From Candidatus Methanophagaceae archaeon (GTDB lineage Archaea > Halobacteriota > Syntropharchaeia > Alkanophagales > Methanospirareceae): DNA of 32,000 nucleotides. The stretch lies in assembly GCA_003194425.1 (NCBI GenBank), contig PQXB01000001.1, positions 1,142,728-1,174,727 of the forward strand. Reading direction: 5' to 3'. The notes beneath the pieces were generated by a model that worked only from the letters and a program-made list of their open reading frames with translations, searched no databases and was not told where the DNA came from. A program made the position numbers and the translations under genes. Of this stretch, positions 22,825 to 32,000 are shown in pieces; position 1 is the stretch's first letter, and every line of letters starts with the position of its first letter.

Positions 22825-23840
22825 TTTAATTGCGCCTGTGCCGTCTCTAATCGCTCTCTCGCGTATTCACAATATTCTGGATTAATCTCAAAACCTATGA
22901 ACTTCCGCCCTAATTTCTTGCACGCCACCGCGGTGGTTCCGGACCCAACAAAAGGGTCTAAAACAATGTCTCCTTCTTTTGTGAGCAATTTGACCAATTC
23001 CTGTATTATATATTCTGGATACACAGCGGGATGAGGGCAGTTTTTTATCGTCTCCACAGAGCTCTCGATGACATCGCGCTTCAAATCATTCCCGAATATT
23101 CGGATAATCGTAAAACCTTGCTTCTCAATCTGAGTTTTTCTACCTCCTTCTTGACCACCGAATGCAGGGGCGTGAATGCCACGAATTTTCATCCTGAATT
23201 CCGCTATTTCGCCTTTCTTCACCTCCTCTATTACCTTCCGCAATTCTTCCCTCGCTCTCTCTTTCTCCTGCTCAGATAAAGCAGATTTCTCTATTAATTC
23301 AAAATATCTCCTGCCGACGCTGGTATTTCCCCTCTTTTTCCTCCCCCGCCCCCTCTCCCGCTCCTTTCTCGTGTTTCCAGTCAAGAAGGCGTCAATATTG
23401 TAATAGTATTTATTTGACTTGGCGAAATGGAAGAATGGCTCCGTGCTACTCACAAGCCGTCGCTTGAACTGTCTTGGTGTAGGGTTCGTTTTTATCCAAG
23501 TTATTGTATTTACAAGCTTCACTAGCTCCCTTTTTGTTACTTCAGCCGCAAACCTAAAAGGAATTAAGGACAAACTCCCTTCCTCGTTGTATTTGTCGCC
23601 CAGATTGAATACAATGCTTCCAGAGTCTTTAACTACCTTAACGCACTCGTGAAATATCTTTAAAAGGTTTTCAATGTACTCGTCCGGCGTGTCCTCGTTC
23701 CCGATTCCCAGCCCGTAATCCCGCTGTTTGTAGTAAGGCGGACTCGTTATAACAAGGTCTACCGCTCCTTTAGGAATATTCTTTAAGAGCTCAAAACTGT
23801 CGCCTTCGATTATCTGGTTTAGCAGTTGCTCAAATTTCAT
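22815..23840 (-). CDS. Beta-class DNA methyltransferase (N4-cytosine or N6-adenine), type II R-M partner
   Basis: 341-aa ORF. Motif IV (DLVITSPPYYKQRDYG) precedes motif I (DPFVGSGTTAVACKKLGRKFIGFEINPEY). Low GC. Overlaps both the GNAT gene upstream (11 nt) and the endonuclease gene downstream (10 nt). Confidence 0.9.
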   Translation of the reverse strand: MKFEQLLNQIIEGDSFELLKNIPKGAVDLVITSPPYYKQRDYGLGIGNEDTPDEYIENLLKIFHECVKVVKDSGSIVFNLGDKYNEEGSLSLIPFRFAAEVTKRELVKLVNTITWIKTNPTPRQFKRRLVSSTEPFFHFAKSNKYYYNIDAFLTGNTRKERERGRGRKKRGNTSVGRRYFELIEKSALSEQEKERAREELRKVIEEVKKGEIAEFRMKIRGIHAPAFGGQEGGRKTQIEKQGFTIIRIFGNDLKRDVIESSVETIKNCPHPAVYPEYIIQELVKLLTKEGDIVLDPFVGSGTTAVACKKLGRKFIGFEINPEYCEYARERLETAQAQLKWF

Positions 23841-24363
23841 CCTCCACCTTCCGCTCGTAAGTCTGAACGAGCATTCCCTTGCTCTGCTCCCAGGGTTCGC
23901 CGGTCTTGTAAAAATTGAACTTCTTCATCGCTCGCTCGCAGGGTTCGCTGCCCTCAAGAATGTTCACGCAATTCACCTTGCACTTGTTGGCTCGTGCGAA
24001 CTCGTAGAACTGCTCGTACATCGCGGACGCGACACCTTGAGCGCTGTATTCTGGAAGAACCGCCTGCTGCTCGCCGAAGCAGACCCTAACCCTGTCTGTG
24101 CCTCGCTCGGTTACGGAGGCTTTGTAGACGCCCACCAGTTTCCCCGCGATGCGAACGCCGAAGAAGAAATAGCCCGCTTCCATTTCCTTCTGCACTTCCT
24201 CCTCGCTCATCGCACGCTTCTCTCGCCACTCCTTCGGGTACTCGTACGCCTTTAGCCAGACCTTTTTGTAGAGGGCGGAGATGTCTTTGGCGTCCTTTTT
24301 GCCCAGTTCTACTGCACGGCGTTTCTCGCCGCGGTAATCCTCTTCTACAACACAGACCGCCAT
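23830..24363 (-). CDS. GNAT-family N-acetyltransferase
   Basis: 177-aa ORF. The acetyl-CoA motif A region is VLPEYSAQGVASAMYEQFYEFARANKCK, with beta strands FFFGVRIAGKLVGVYKA. GC is host-like. Confidence 0.7.
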   Translation of the reverse strand: MAVCVVEEDYRGEKRRAVELGKKDAKDISALYKKVWLKAYEYPKEWREKRAMSEEEVQKEMEAGYFFFGVRIAGKLVGVYKASVTERGTDRVRVCFGEQQAVLPEYSAQGVASAMYEQFYEFARANKCKVNCVNILEGSEPCERAMKKFNFYKTGEPWEQSKGMLVQTYERKVEDEI

Positions 24364-24391
24364 TCTGATTGTAAATGTTCCGACTGCATAT

Positions 24392-24994
24392 TTATTCTTT
24401 TCGGTTTTTCGCTCTGCACTCGTTCAAAAACCCGCTCTGCAACGCCACCACTTCCCCACTGTCCTTCGCTCCAGAATACGCGAGCAACCGCTCCCAGTTC
24501 AACCGCAAAAACTCGTTCCCCCACTTGAACCCGCCCAGCACGCGTTGCGACTGCTCCTGCTCGCCGAGAATAAAAAGAGCAGCAGCAAGAGCTTCGGCAG
24601 AACTCAGCAGGAACGGCTTGCCGTAGTTTACGGGGTTTACAGCGATTAAAAACGGTAGTGCCCGCTTCCGCCTCCCCCACTCCCTCCTCCCACTCTTTCC
24701 CTTCCTTTCCCACCCTACCTGTCTTTCCCTCCCTACCTGTTCCTCCCGCCGCAAAAAATCCTCAAAACCTCCCGTCTCCGTCTTCTTCCACGAGCAGTCT
24801 AAGACCGTTACACTCGTTTTCGTAGATTTGTCTGCAGGCGAGAGAGCCTTCTCCGCAGTCGGTAGCAGCAAAATCGTGTTGTGCGGTATTTTTCGCAGCA
24901 CTTTAACCGACTTCACCAAGCCTGCGCGTGCTAATTTCCGAACCGTGCATTTCTTCGGGTCGCACTGCCCCTCGTCGTAGGCGTAAAGTCGCAT
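24392..24994 (-). CDS. tsr3: 16S rRNA aminocarboxypropyltransferase Tsr3 (DUF367)
   Basis: N-terminal MRLYAYDEGQCDPKKCTVRKLARAGLV and LDCSWKK, then C-terminal NPVNYGKPFLLSSAEALAAALFILG. A long basic/acidic insert (REEQVGRERQVGWERKGKSGRREWGRRK) splits the domain. Confidence 0.8.
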   Translation of the reverse strand: MRLYAYDEGQCDPKKCTVRKLARAGLVKSVKVLRKIPHNTILLLPTAEKALSPADKSTKTSVTVLDCSWKKTETGGFEDFLRREEQVGRERQVGWERKGKSGRREWGRRKRALPFLIAVNPVNYGKPFLLSSAEALAAALFILGEQEQSQRVLGGFKWGNEFLRLNWERLLAYSGAKDSGEVVALQSGFLNECRAKNRKE

Positions 24995-25019
24995 TTCAAA
25001 GCACCGCTGTAGTTGCAGC

Positions 25020-27698
25020 TCAAGGACTAGCCGAGAAAACCTCCACCCCCACCACTTTCTCCCCCTCCTTCACATTCATTAACCGCACACCGTAAGTGTT
25101 CCTGCCCTGCGTGGGAATGTTGCGTGCAGCGATTTTCGTCACCAGCCCGTCAGAAGTGGAAATCATAAGTTCGTCGGCGTTCCGCACCTGCTTTACGCAG
25201 ACGACTCTTCCGTTTCTCTCGCCCGTTCTTATGCTAATCACACCTTTACCGCCGCGGTGCGTTTCCCGGTAGGCGTTCAACCTCGTCCTCTTCCCGTAGC
25301 CCTTCTCGGTCACTGTAACGACCCTCTTCACCTCCCTTGACGTCGAAGAACCCAAACCCAAACCCAAATCCACCGCCTCAACGCTCGCGATTTCGTCTCC
25401 TTTTTCTAATCTCATTCCCCGCACGCCCGCAGCGTACCTGCCCATTTCCCGCAGTTCCGCTTCCTCGAACAAAATCGCCTTTCCGTTCTTCGAACTTAAA
25501 ATTACGCCTCGCCGCTGCTCGCCGCCGCCTCTTACTAACGCCACGCCAGCCAACGAGTCGCCCTTCTCGCTCCTGACCTTTACAGCAACGACCCCGTTGA
25601 CGCGGACGGATTTCAGACTTGCGAGCGTGGTTCTCTTTACTACGCCCTGTCGAGTAGCGAAAACGAGGAACGAGTCCTCTGCTCCTTCGGCTGCTCCTTC
25701 GCCTCTCGCAGCGGCTACCGCCCTGTCCAGGTCTTCAGGAATTGGAATTACAGCAGCGATTTTTTCTTTCTCTTTTTCATTTTCATTTTTTTCTTCTCTT
25801 AGCTCCTGCCCTGGAATATTCACCAGCGGTCTGCCTTTTGCGTGTCGGCTGCTGGTTGGCGGAATTTGGTAGGTCTTGACTTGGTAAGCCCGCCCTGACT
25901 CTGTAAAGAGCAGCAGCCGTTCCCTCGTGGACGCTCGTGCGAAAAGGAGAACTGTGTCGCCTTCTTTCTTCTCGAGCACCGAAATTCCTTTCCCGCCGCG
26001 CCGCTGCTGTTTAAAAATATTCGCAGGCAACCGCTTTAGGTAGCCCCGCTGCGTAAAAAACAGAACTACCTCCGCCTCTTCTACAAGGTCTCGCTCGCTC
26101 AAGAACGCCTTTTCTTCCTCGATTTCCGTCCGCCGTGCGTCCCCGTACTTCGCCTTCAACTCCGCCAGTTCGTCTTTTACGAGCCCAAATATTCGGGACT
26201 CCGACGCCAAGACCTCCCGCCGCCAATTTATTCTCGCCTCAAGTTCCGCCCGCTCGGTCTCGATTTTCCCACGCTCGAGAGCACTCAGCCGCGAGAGTTT
26301 CATTTCCAAAATCTCCTTCACCTGCTCCTCGCTCAGCCCAAACCTGCTGACGAGTGCGGCTTTTGCGGTCTTGCTGTCGGGTGCGGATTTTATTAGTTTT
26401 ATCGTCTCGTCAATCTGCGAAATCGCAACGACCAAGCCCTCTAAAATGTGGCACCGCTTCTCGGCTCGCTCCAGCTCGTACCGCAGCCGCCGGACCGTCA
26501 CCTCCCGCCGGTGCTTGACGAAGCACTCGATGAGTTCTTTCAGCGTCAAGACCCGTGGCTCGCCGTCCACCAGCGCGAGATTTATCACGCCAAAAGTGGT
26601 CTGCAGTCGCGTGTGCTTGTAGAGTTTGTTCAAGACGACCGCAGCGTCCGCACCTGCCCGCAACTCCACAACAATCCGCATTCCCTTGCGGTCCGACTCG
26701 TCTCGCAGCCCCGTAACACTCTCCAACTTCTGCGTCTTCACGAACTCGGCAATCTCCGCCACCAGACTGCTCTTGTTCACTTGGTAAGGAATTTCGGTAA
26801 CGACAAGCCGCTCCCGCCTGCCCTTCTTCTCCGCTTTTTCCACCTCTACTCGTGCCTTCAGCGTTAAAGAGCCCCTGCCGGTTGTGTACGCGTTTTTTAT
26901 GCCCTCGTAGCCTGAAATTATGCCACCAGTAGGAAAATCAGGACCCCTTAAGGTCTGCATCAACTCTTCCACCTCCTCGCCCGGCTCGTCAATCACTTTC
27001 ACTACCGCGTCCACCACCTCCCCTAAGTTGTGCGGAGGCATATTTGTCGCCATTCCGACGGCAATTCCAGAAGAGCCGTTCACGAGCAGGTTCGGGAACT
27101 TCGCGGGCAGGACCTGCGGCTCTTTTAGCGTGTTGTCGAAGTTTGGGGACCAGGAGACGGTCTCTTTCTCGAGGTCGGTTAGCAGTTCTTCAGATATTTT
27201 CGAGAGCCTCGCTTCTGTGTAGCGCATTGATGCCGGAGCGTCCCCGTCAAGGCTGCCAAAATTCCCCTGACCGTCGATTAAGGGGTAGCGGTAGGAGAAA
27301 TCCTGTGCCATTCGCGCCAGCGTGTCGTAAACGGCAGCGTCGCCGTGCGGGTGGTATTTTCCTAAAATTTCGCCCACGATCCTCGCTGACTTCTTGTGCG
27401 GTCGGTCGTGCCTGCTGCCGAGTCCGTGCATTCCGAACAAAATCCTGCGGTGCACCGGCTTCAGCCCGTCGCGTGCGTCAGGAAGAGCCCGCCCCACGAT
27501 CACGCTCATCGCGTAGTCAATGTACGAACTCTTCATCTCGTCTTCCACGCTGATTTCTGTTACTCGCTCCCCTCCCACGACGCGTCCTGCTTCTCTTTCT
27601 CGCTCTTCTTCTCCCTCGCCTTCTCGCTCTTCTTCTCCCTCGCCTTCTCGCTCTTCTTCCTGCCGCTGCCCGCTTTCGTTCATTTTTGTGCTCCTCAC
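25020..27698 (-). CDS. gyrA: DNA gyrase subunit A
   Basis: 892-aa ORF. Blocks [27 protein letters not shown], the active-site Tyr block MRYTEARLS and the GyrA box QQRRGGKGI in the C-terminal domain. The N-terminal acidic repeat extension is [21 protein letters not shown]. Confidence 0.95.
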   Translation of the reverse strand: MRSTKMNESGQRQEEEREGEGEEEREGEGEEEREREAGRVVGGERVTEISVEDEMKSSYIDYAMSVIVGRALPDARDGLKPVHRRILFGMHGLGSRHDRPHKKSARIVGEILGKYHPHGDAAVYDTLARMAQDFSYRYPLIDGQGNFGSLDGDAPASMRYTEARLSKISEELLTDLEKETVSWSPNFDNTLKEPQVLPAKFPNLLVNGSSGIAVGMATNMPPHNLGEVVDAVVKVIDEPGEEVEELMQTLRGPDFPTGGIISGYEGIKNAYTTGRGSLTLKARVEVEKAEKKGRRERLVVTEIPYQVNKSSLVAEIAEFVKTQKLESVTGLRDESDRKGMRIVVELRAGADAAVVLNKLYKHTRLQTTFGVINLALVDGEPRVLTLKELIECFVKHRREVTVRRLRYELERAEKRCHILEGLVVAISQIDETIKLIKSAPDSKTAKAALVSRFGLSEEQVKEILEMKLSRLSALERGKIETERAELEARINWRREVLASESRIFGLVKDELAELKAKYGDARRTEIEEEKAFLSERDLVEEAEVVLFFTQRGYLKRLPANIFKQQRRGGKGISVLEKKEGDTVLLFARASTRERLLLFTESGRAYQVKTYQIPPTSSRHAKGRPLVNIPGQELREEKNENEKEKEKIAAVIPIPEDLDRAVAAARGEGAAEGAEDSFLVFATRQGVVKRTTLASLKSVRVNGVVAVKVRSEKGDSLAGVALVRGGGEQRRGVILSSKNGKAILFEEAELREMGRYAAGVRGMRLEKGDEIASVEAVDLGLGLGSSTSREVKRVVTVTEKGYGKRTRLNAYRETHRGGKGVISIRTGERNGRVVCVKQVRNADELMISTSDGLVTKIAARNIPTQGRNTYGVRLMNVKEGEKVVGVEVFSASP
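27601..27660 (-). repeat. Tandem repeat, 24 bp x2.5 (cgctcttcttctccctcgccttct), in frame, giving EEEREGEG repeats in the GyrA N-terminal extension
   Basis: 27601-27624 equals 27625-27648. A partial copy lies at 27649-27660. Confidence 0.95.
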
Positions 27699-29769
<2,071 letters not shown>

Positions 29770-29987
29770 ACTACAAAAAGCGAGACACTTAAATGAATTT
29801 TTTCGTATTCAAGATTTAGAACTGAAGAATCTACGGTGCGGTGGCAGGGCTGCAAACAGAAGAAGGTGCAGACAAGTTAGCCTACCGTCAAGGTCTGTTC
29901 GTCTTTCTTGGCAGGAAGCGGAGAGGGGCTGGTTCGGATTCCTCGGCGGGGCTGCTCGGGGTCCGGGCTACTTCCTGCTCGGACGGC

Positions 29988-30080
29988 GGAGAAGGGAGAA
30001 GAAGTAGAAAAGGAAAGGCAGAGAAGGAGAAAGAAGAAAGAGGGAGGGAGAGAAGAAAGGGGGGGAGAAGAAAGGGGGGG
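29988..30080 (+). repeat. Intergenic polypurine tract of 93 nt, ending in 15 bp x2 (agaagaaaggggggg) with two G7 runs
   Basis: ggagaagggagaagaagtagaaaaggaaaggcagagaaggagaaagaagaaagagggagggagagaagaaagggggggagaagaaaggggggg. Only two pyrimidines. Confidence 0.9.
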
Positions 30081-30106
30081 CGTTCCACCCCCTGTTTTTA
30101 TTTTTT
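30074..30106 (+). terminator. GC hairpin (ggggg-cgttcca-ccccc) followed by T5-A-T6: terminator-like signal on the + strand
   Basis: The stem is 30076-30080 with 30088-30092, around a 7-nt loop, followed by tgtttttatttttt. Oligo-T runs are the known archaeal termination signal. No annotated + strand gene lies upstream. Confidence 0.35.
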
Positions 30107-30252
30107 GAAGATAAAAAATTTAAGGTGGAGGGGAAAGTGCGTTTAGCGGTGCCGAACGCGAGTTGGGCAGAACTTTCACGGTTCGGTCGCTGGTAAAGTG
30201 GCGGTAGGTCTGCTGTTTCTCGTTCCGCTGCTGGTCTTTTTTTACCCGTGGA

Positions 30253-31269
30253 TTAAGCGTTATTTTTGAGTCTGAACTCTGACGAAAAAACTCCTTTCAG
30301 CCCCACGCAGTCCACCAAAATCATATTCAACCGCACTAACAAAGCAAAAGAGAGACCCACTGCAGGTCCTACGCCGAGCAACTCAAACACTACCGCGGTC
30401 GCACCCTCCATCAGCCCCAACCCCGAGACGGTTACAGGAACGAACCGCAGAATCGTGATCAACGGGTGCAGAAGGAAGTAGGCTAAAAACCCCAACTCCG
30501 CCGCCGTCACGCCAAGCGACAAACCGATGAGTTGCCACTGAACTGCAAGAAGAACCCAACAGACAAAGTAAATTACGAGAATAAGAGGAACGGTCTCGCG
30601 TATTGAAAAACTCTTCTCCTTCATTTTTTGAAACTCCGCTTCAAACCGCCGCACGAAAGCAAAAGGAATCTTGGCGAGGAAGTTGGCGGAACGCGATTCT
30701 GCTGTCCAGACTACCCACAAAATGACCGCACCGAGTCCCAAGAAGACCCCGCCGCCAACGCACAGCGGCAGCAGCAGGCTCGCACCGCCTACCCCTCCCG
30801 CTCCGCTCCCGTCCACCGAAATTACGCCGGTAAAGAAGACCAAGCCCACGAAGCCACCTGCTACCTTCAAAATGAATTCTATCCCCTGCGGAGCGAGAAT
30901 AGCAGCCATTCCTTCTGAAATTCTGCAGCCTGTGCGGTTTCTCAAGAAATAGGGGACGAGGAAGAAGCCCACCCTTCCCGGCGTTACATCCGAGGCGAGC
31001 ATTCCTGCGAAGTGGGCGAAGAAGGAGTCCGAGAACTTGAGGCTGACGCTGTTCCCTACGCCCTCTCCCACACCCATTTTTCGCAGGAGGTAAGAGAGAC
31101 GGTAAGCCATAAAAAGATTGTAGCAGAGGTAAGAGACGCCTGCGAGTGCGAACAAGAAAATATTCACACCTCTTACCACCTCTGCAACCTTGTGAAAGTC
31201 TATTTTGTAAAACAGAAGTGCGAGAATTCCTACTCCCACGAGCACCTGAACAAAACCTTTTTTATTCAT
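30253..31269 (-). CDS. Flippase-like / lysylphosphatidylglycerol-synthase-TM-type membrane protein (UPF0104)
   Basis: 338-aa polytopic ORF. The N-terminus VQVLVGVGILALLFYKIDFHKVAEVVRGVN and the overall 8-TM layout resemble the UPF0104 family. Confidence 0.5.
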   Translation of the reverse strand: MNKKGFVQVLVGVGILALLFYKIDFHKVAEVVRGVNIFLFALAGVSYLCYNLFMAYRLSYLLRKMGVGEGVGNSVSLKFSDSFFAHFAGMLASDVTPGRVGFFLVPYFLRNRTGCRISEGMAAILAPQGIEFILKVAGGFVGLVFFTGVISVDGSGAGGVGGASLLLPLCVGGGVFLGLGAVILWVVWTAESRSANFLAKIPFAFVRRFEAEFQKMKEKSFSIRETVPLILVIYFVCWVLLAVQWQLIGLSLGVTAAELGFLAYFLLHPLITILRFVPVTVSGLGLMEGATAVVFELLGVGPAVGLSFALLVRLNMILVDCVGLKGVFSSEFRLKNNA

Positions 31270-31583
31270 AAACTTTTCTTTAACAAAGTAAACTTTACTA
31301 AAGAAATTGTTTTTAAGACAATTTACTCCAGTTTGTCAAACTTGTTCAAAAACTCTTTCCACTTCCCAAAGTCCTTCGCACTGAAATGTTGCCTGTCTTG
31401 GTCCTTTGAAAAATAAAAATACCTTTCAAAGAATCATAAAAATGAAATTCGTCTTTAATTAAATCCTACACTCTTCGAATTTGGTTTTTGATAAGCAAAT
31501 CGCAAGAGAAGCACAAATGCTACTCTTCCCAACATCTCCTTTTTTACTAACTTGAATCCATAGTATAAAAAATTATTTATTCG

Positions 31584-32000
31584 TCAATTAGATATATCTA
31601 AAATCCACTCAATCCATCTAAGAACTGTTTGAGCTCTTCTTCTGTAAGTGGTTTCTGCATCAATATTGTATAATTTACATTGTTTCATAATATTGACTAC
31701 TTCGTCTTTCGTTGGAGGTTCTGATTTTTTAAGATAAAATTTTAGAGTTTCTTTAAATGGTTTGTGTTCAAGAATCTGTTTAACAATTGCTAAATTCTTT
31801 TCCTTGTGAGGCAAGGACATTATTTTCAATCCGTTTTTGGTTAATTTAACCCGGATTGTGTTGTCTTCATCCTTAAACTTCTCTATTAGTTCGAGATACC
31901 TGCCTGCATTAAAATAATAATCTGTTTGCCTTTTATCAAAATCGTAGTTTGATGTAATCTCTTCCTTGGATAATTCATTTTCAACTAACAAACCAAATAA
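31584..32000 (-). CDS. Partial CDS (C-terminal part; the reading frame stays open to the window end): AT-rich hypothetical protein, possibly DNA-binding
   Basis: The track ORF starts at a TTG at 31991, but the frame has no stop upstream to position 32000. A 60-nt hand count (31681-31740) gives about 28% GC. The segment KRQTDYYFNAGRYLELIEK...TYRRRAQTVLRWIEWIL looks like helical/winged-helix modules seen in restriction-system-associated proteins. The family is not recognised. Confidence 0.45.
   Translation of the reverse strand, partial: LFGLLVENELSKEEITSNYDFDKRQTDYYFNAGRYLELIEKFKDEDNTIRVKLTKNGLKIMSLPHKEKNLAIVKQILEHKPFKETLKFYLKKSEPPTKDEVVNIMKQCKLYNIDAETTYRRRAQTVLRWIEWILDISN

Noticed and set aside
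21600-23900. Calling the low-GC R-M cassette a mobile element.
   Set aside because: I found no integrase, transposase, terminal inverted repeats or target-site duplication at the composition boundaries. It is reported as a probable HGT cassette only.
24345-24713. A 122-aa ORF overlapping tsr3 in another frame.
   Set aside because: It lies entirely within the Tsr3 coding region and its repeat insert. It has low-complexity composition and no start-site support.
29926-29946. A tRNA-like T-loop sequence, ggttcggattcc, in the gyrB upstream gap.
   Set aside because: The flanking bases do not form a T-stem (gctgg versus tcctc). I could build no acceptor, D or anticodon arms around it.
29830-30106. 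Assigning the structured intergenic segment to RNase P RNA or SRP RNA. On the minus strand, gaggaatccgaacc vaguely recalls the RNase P GAGGAAAGUCC, and ggtccgg recalls SRP helix 8.
   Set aside because: The universally conserved motifs are not actually present: there is no GAGGAAAGUCC and no GGAA/AGCA helix-8 pattern. A 93-nt purine tract is also incompatible with those structures. I kept it only as an unclassified ncRNA candidate.
30137-30269. Two tiny ORFs after an SD-like aaggtggagggg: GTG at 30137 (19 aa) and GTG at 30198 (23 aa, hydrophobic VAVGLLFLVPLLVFFYPWIKRYF).
   Set aside because: They are too short to support from sequence alone. The second overlaps the convergent UPF0104 gene end, and no conservation evidence is available.

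Overview
This 32-kb window is a dense, almost fully coding stretch of an archaeal (euryarchaeote-like) chromosome. I call 30 CDSs, two of them truncated at the window edges. I found no rRNA, tRNA, CRISPR array, transposase or integrase.

Most genes are recognisable housekeeping functions:
- **Energy and C1 metabolism:** A-type ATPase subunit D, the Fae-Hps fusion, a RimK/MptN-type ATP-grasp ligase and a hydantoinase-like 'H4MPT-linked C1' protein. Together these suggest a tetrahydromethanopterin-using archaeon.
- **Nucleotide and arginine biosynthesis:** PurC and CarA.
- **RNA modification:** TruD, archease, Trm5, a RaSEA-like radical SAM protein and Tsr3.
- **Other:** a UbiA-family prenyltransferase and a gyrB-gyrA operon.

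Accessory content:
- A low-GC type II restriction-modification cassette sits at 21670-23840. A hand count of one 60-nt sample gives about 40% GC, against 53% and 63% in samples from the two flanking genes. It is wedged between a GNAT gene and the radical SAM gene.
- A second, host-GC DNA methyltransferase is fused to an Mrr-like nuclease domain (12419-13861).
- A very AT-rich segment begins at about 31270.

The most unusual signal is not a gene cluster. Almost every CDS, including gyrA, gyrB, carA, truD, trm5 and fae-hps, carries short perfect tandem repeats or low-complexity tracts. These stay in frame and encode G/E/R/S/D/K/A/H-rich peptide inserts. Several intergenic repeats have unit lengths that are not multiples of 3. 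Some tracts are canonical G-quadruplex motifs or polypurine/polypyrimidine tracts about 80-110 nt long.

A 530-bp non-coding gap upstream of gyrB has a TATA-like box, a GC-rich foldable segment, a 93-nt purine tract and a hairpin plus T-run. It may be an undescribed ncRNA unit.

All functional calls rest on motif recognition from the translated ORFs. No database search was possible.
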